Assembly: GCF_049674955.1 (NCBI RefSeq)
Contig: NZ_CP187232.1
Location: forward strand, 4,158,404-4,182,403
Source of the DNA: Sphaerisporangium viridialbum
Lineage (GTDB): Bacteria > Actinomycetota > Actinomycetes > Streptosporangiales > Streptosporangiaceae
Length of the DNA stretch: 24,000 nt
Reading direction: 5' to 3'
Shown: positions 23,938 through 24,000 of the stretch, piece after piece
How positions within the stretch are numbered: the first letter of the stretch is position 1
Layout of the letters: the number at the start of each line of letters is the position of its first letter
The notes under the pieces: generated by a model
The model's database searches: none
Told to the model about the DNA's origin: nothing
The model's input: the letters and a program-made list of their open reading frames with translations, nothing else
Program-made: the position numbers and the translations under genes

Positions 23938-24000
23938 GTCTGCCTTTCGCTGCTGGGACCGGATGTACGGGGGCCGGCGCTCGACCGGTGCCTCGGGGTG

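Overview
This is a very GC-rich, actinomycete-type chromosomal window. All calls come from reading the sequence and ORF track and from recalled family motifs. No database search was run.

Genes from left to right:
1. The 3' end of an F420-type LLM oxidoreductase, closely followed (2-nt gap) by an alpha/beta hydrolase. The hydrolase looks like an Afmid/Bna7-type kynurenine formamidase and carries an extra N-terminal domain.
2. An Lrp/AsnC regulator, divergent from tryptophan 2,3-dioxygenase. Together with the hydrolase these form a putative kynurenine module.
3. An XRE-cupin regulator, divergent from a PaoABC-like three-subunit molybdenum hydroxylase (2Fe-2S, FAD, Moco) with GTGA and ATGA start/stop overlaps. 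A FUSC/aromatic-acid-exporter membrane protein follows.
4. A roughly 2.9 kb gene-decay island (10025-12919). It holds a VOC fragment, an ABC permease split in frame by a 1575-bp tnpB-only insertion element, a substrate-binding-protein fragment and an NmrA/SDR N-terminal stub. The element has a predicted omega-RNA region.
5. A 719-aa orphan protein with a possible TetR-like N-terminal module and a long TPR-like C-terminal part.
6. A roughly 850-bp gap with no convincing gene, containing two tandem-repeat arrays and an AT-rich island.
7. The ergothioneine operon egtA-egtB-egtC-egtD on the minus strand. No egtE is present in the window.
8. A secreted GlpQ-type glycerophosphodiesterase, a small HAD-like protein and an LLM flavin oxidoreductase.

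I found no CRISPR array, tRNA or rRNA. The items most worth follow-up are:
- the TnpB/omega-RNA element, whose empty site can be rebuilt exactly
- the tandem 23-bp candidate operator in the XRE-cupin/hydroxylase divergent promoter
- the candidate non-KynB formamidase fusion
- the TetR-like/TPR orphan
- the repeat-filled gap downstream of egtD

Nothing here can honestly be called a proven new system.
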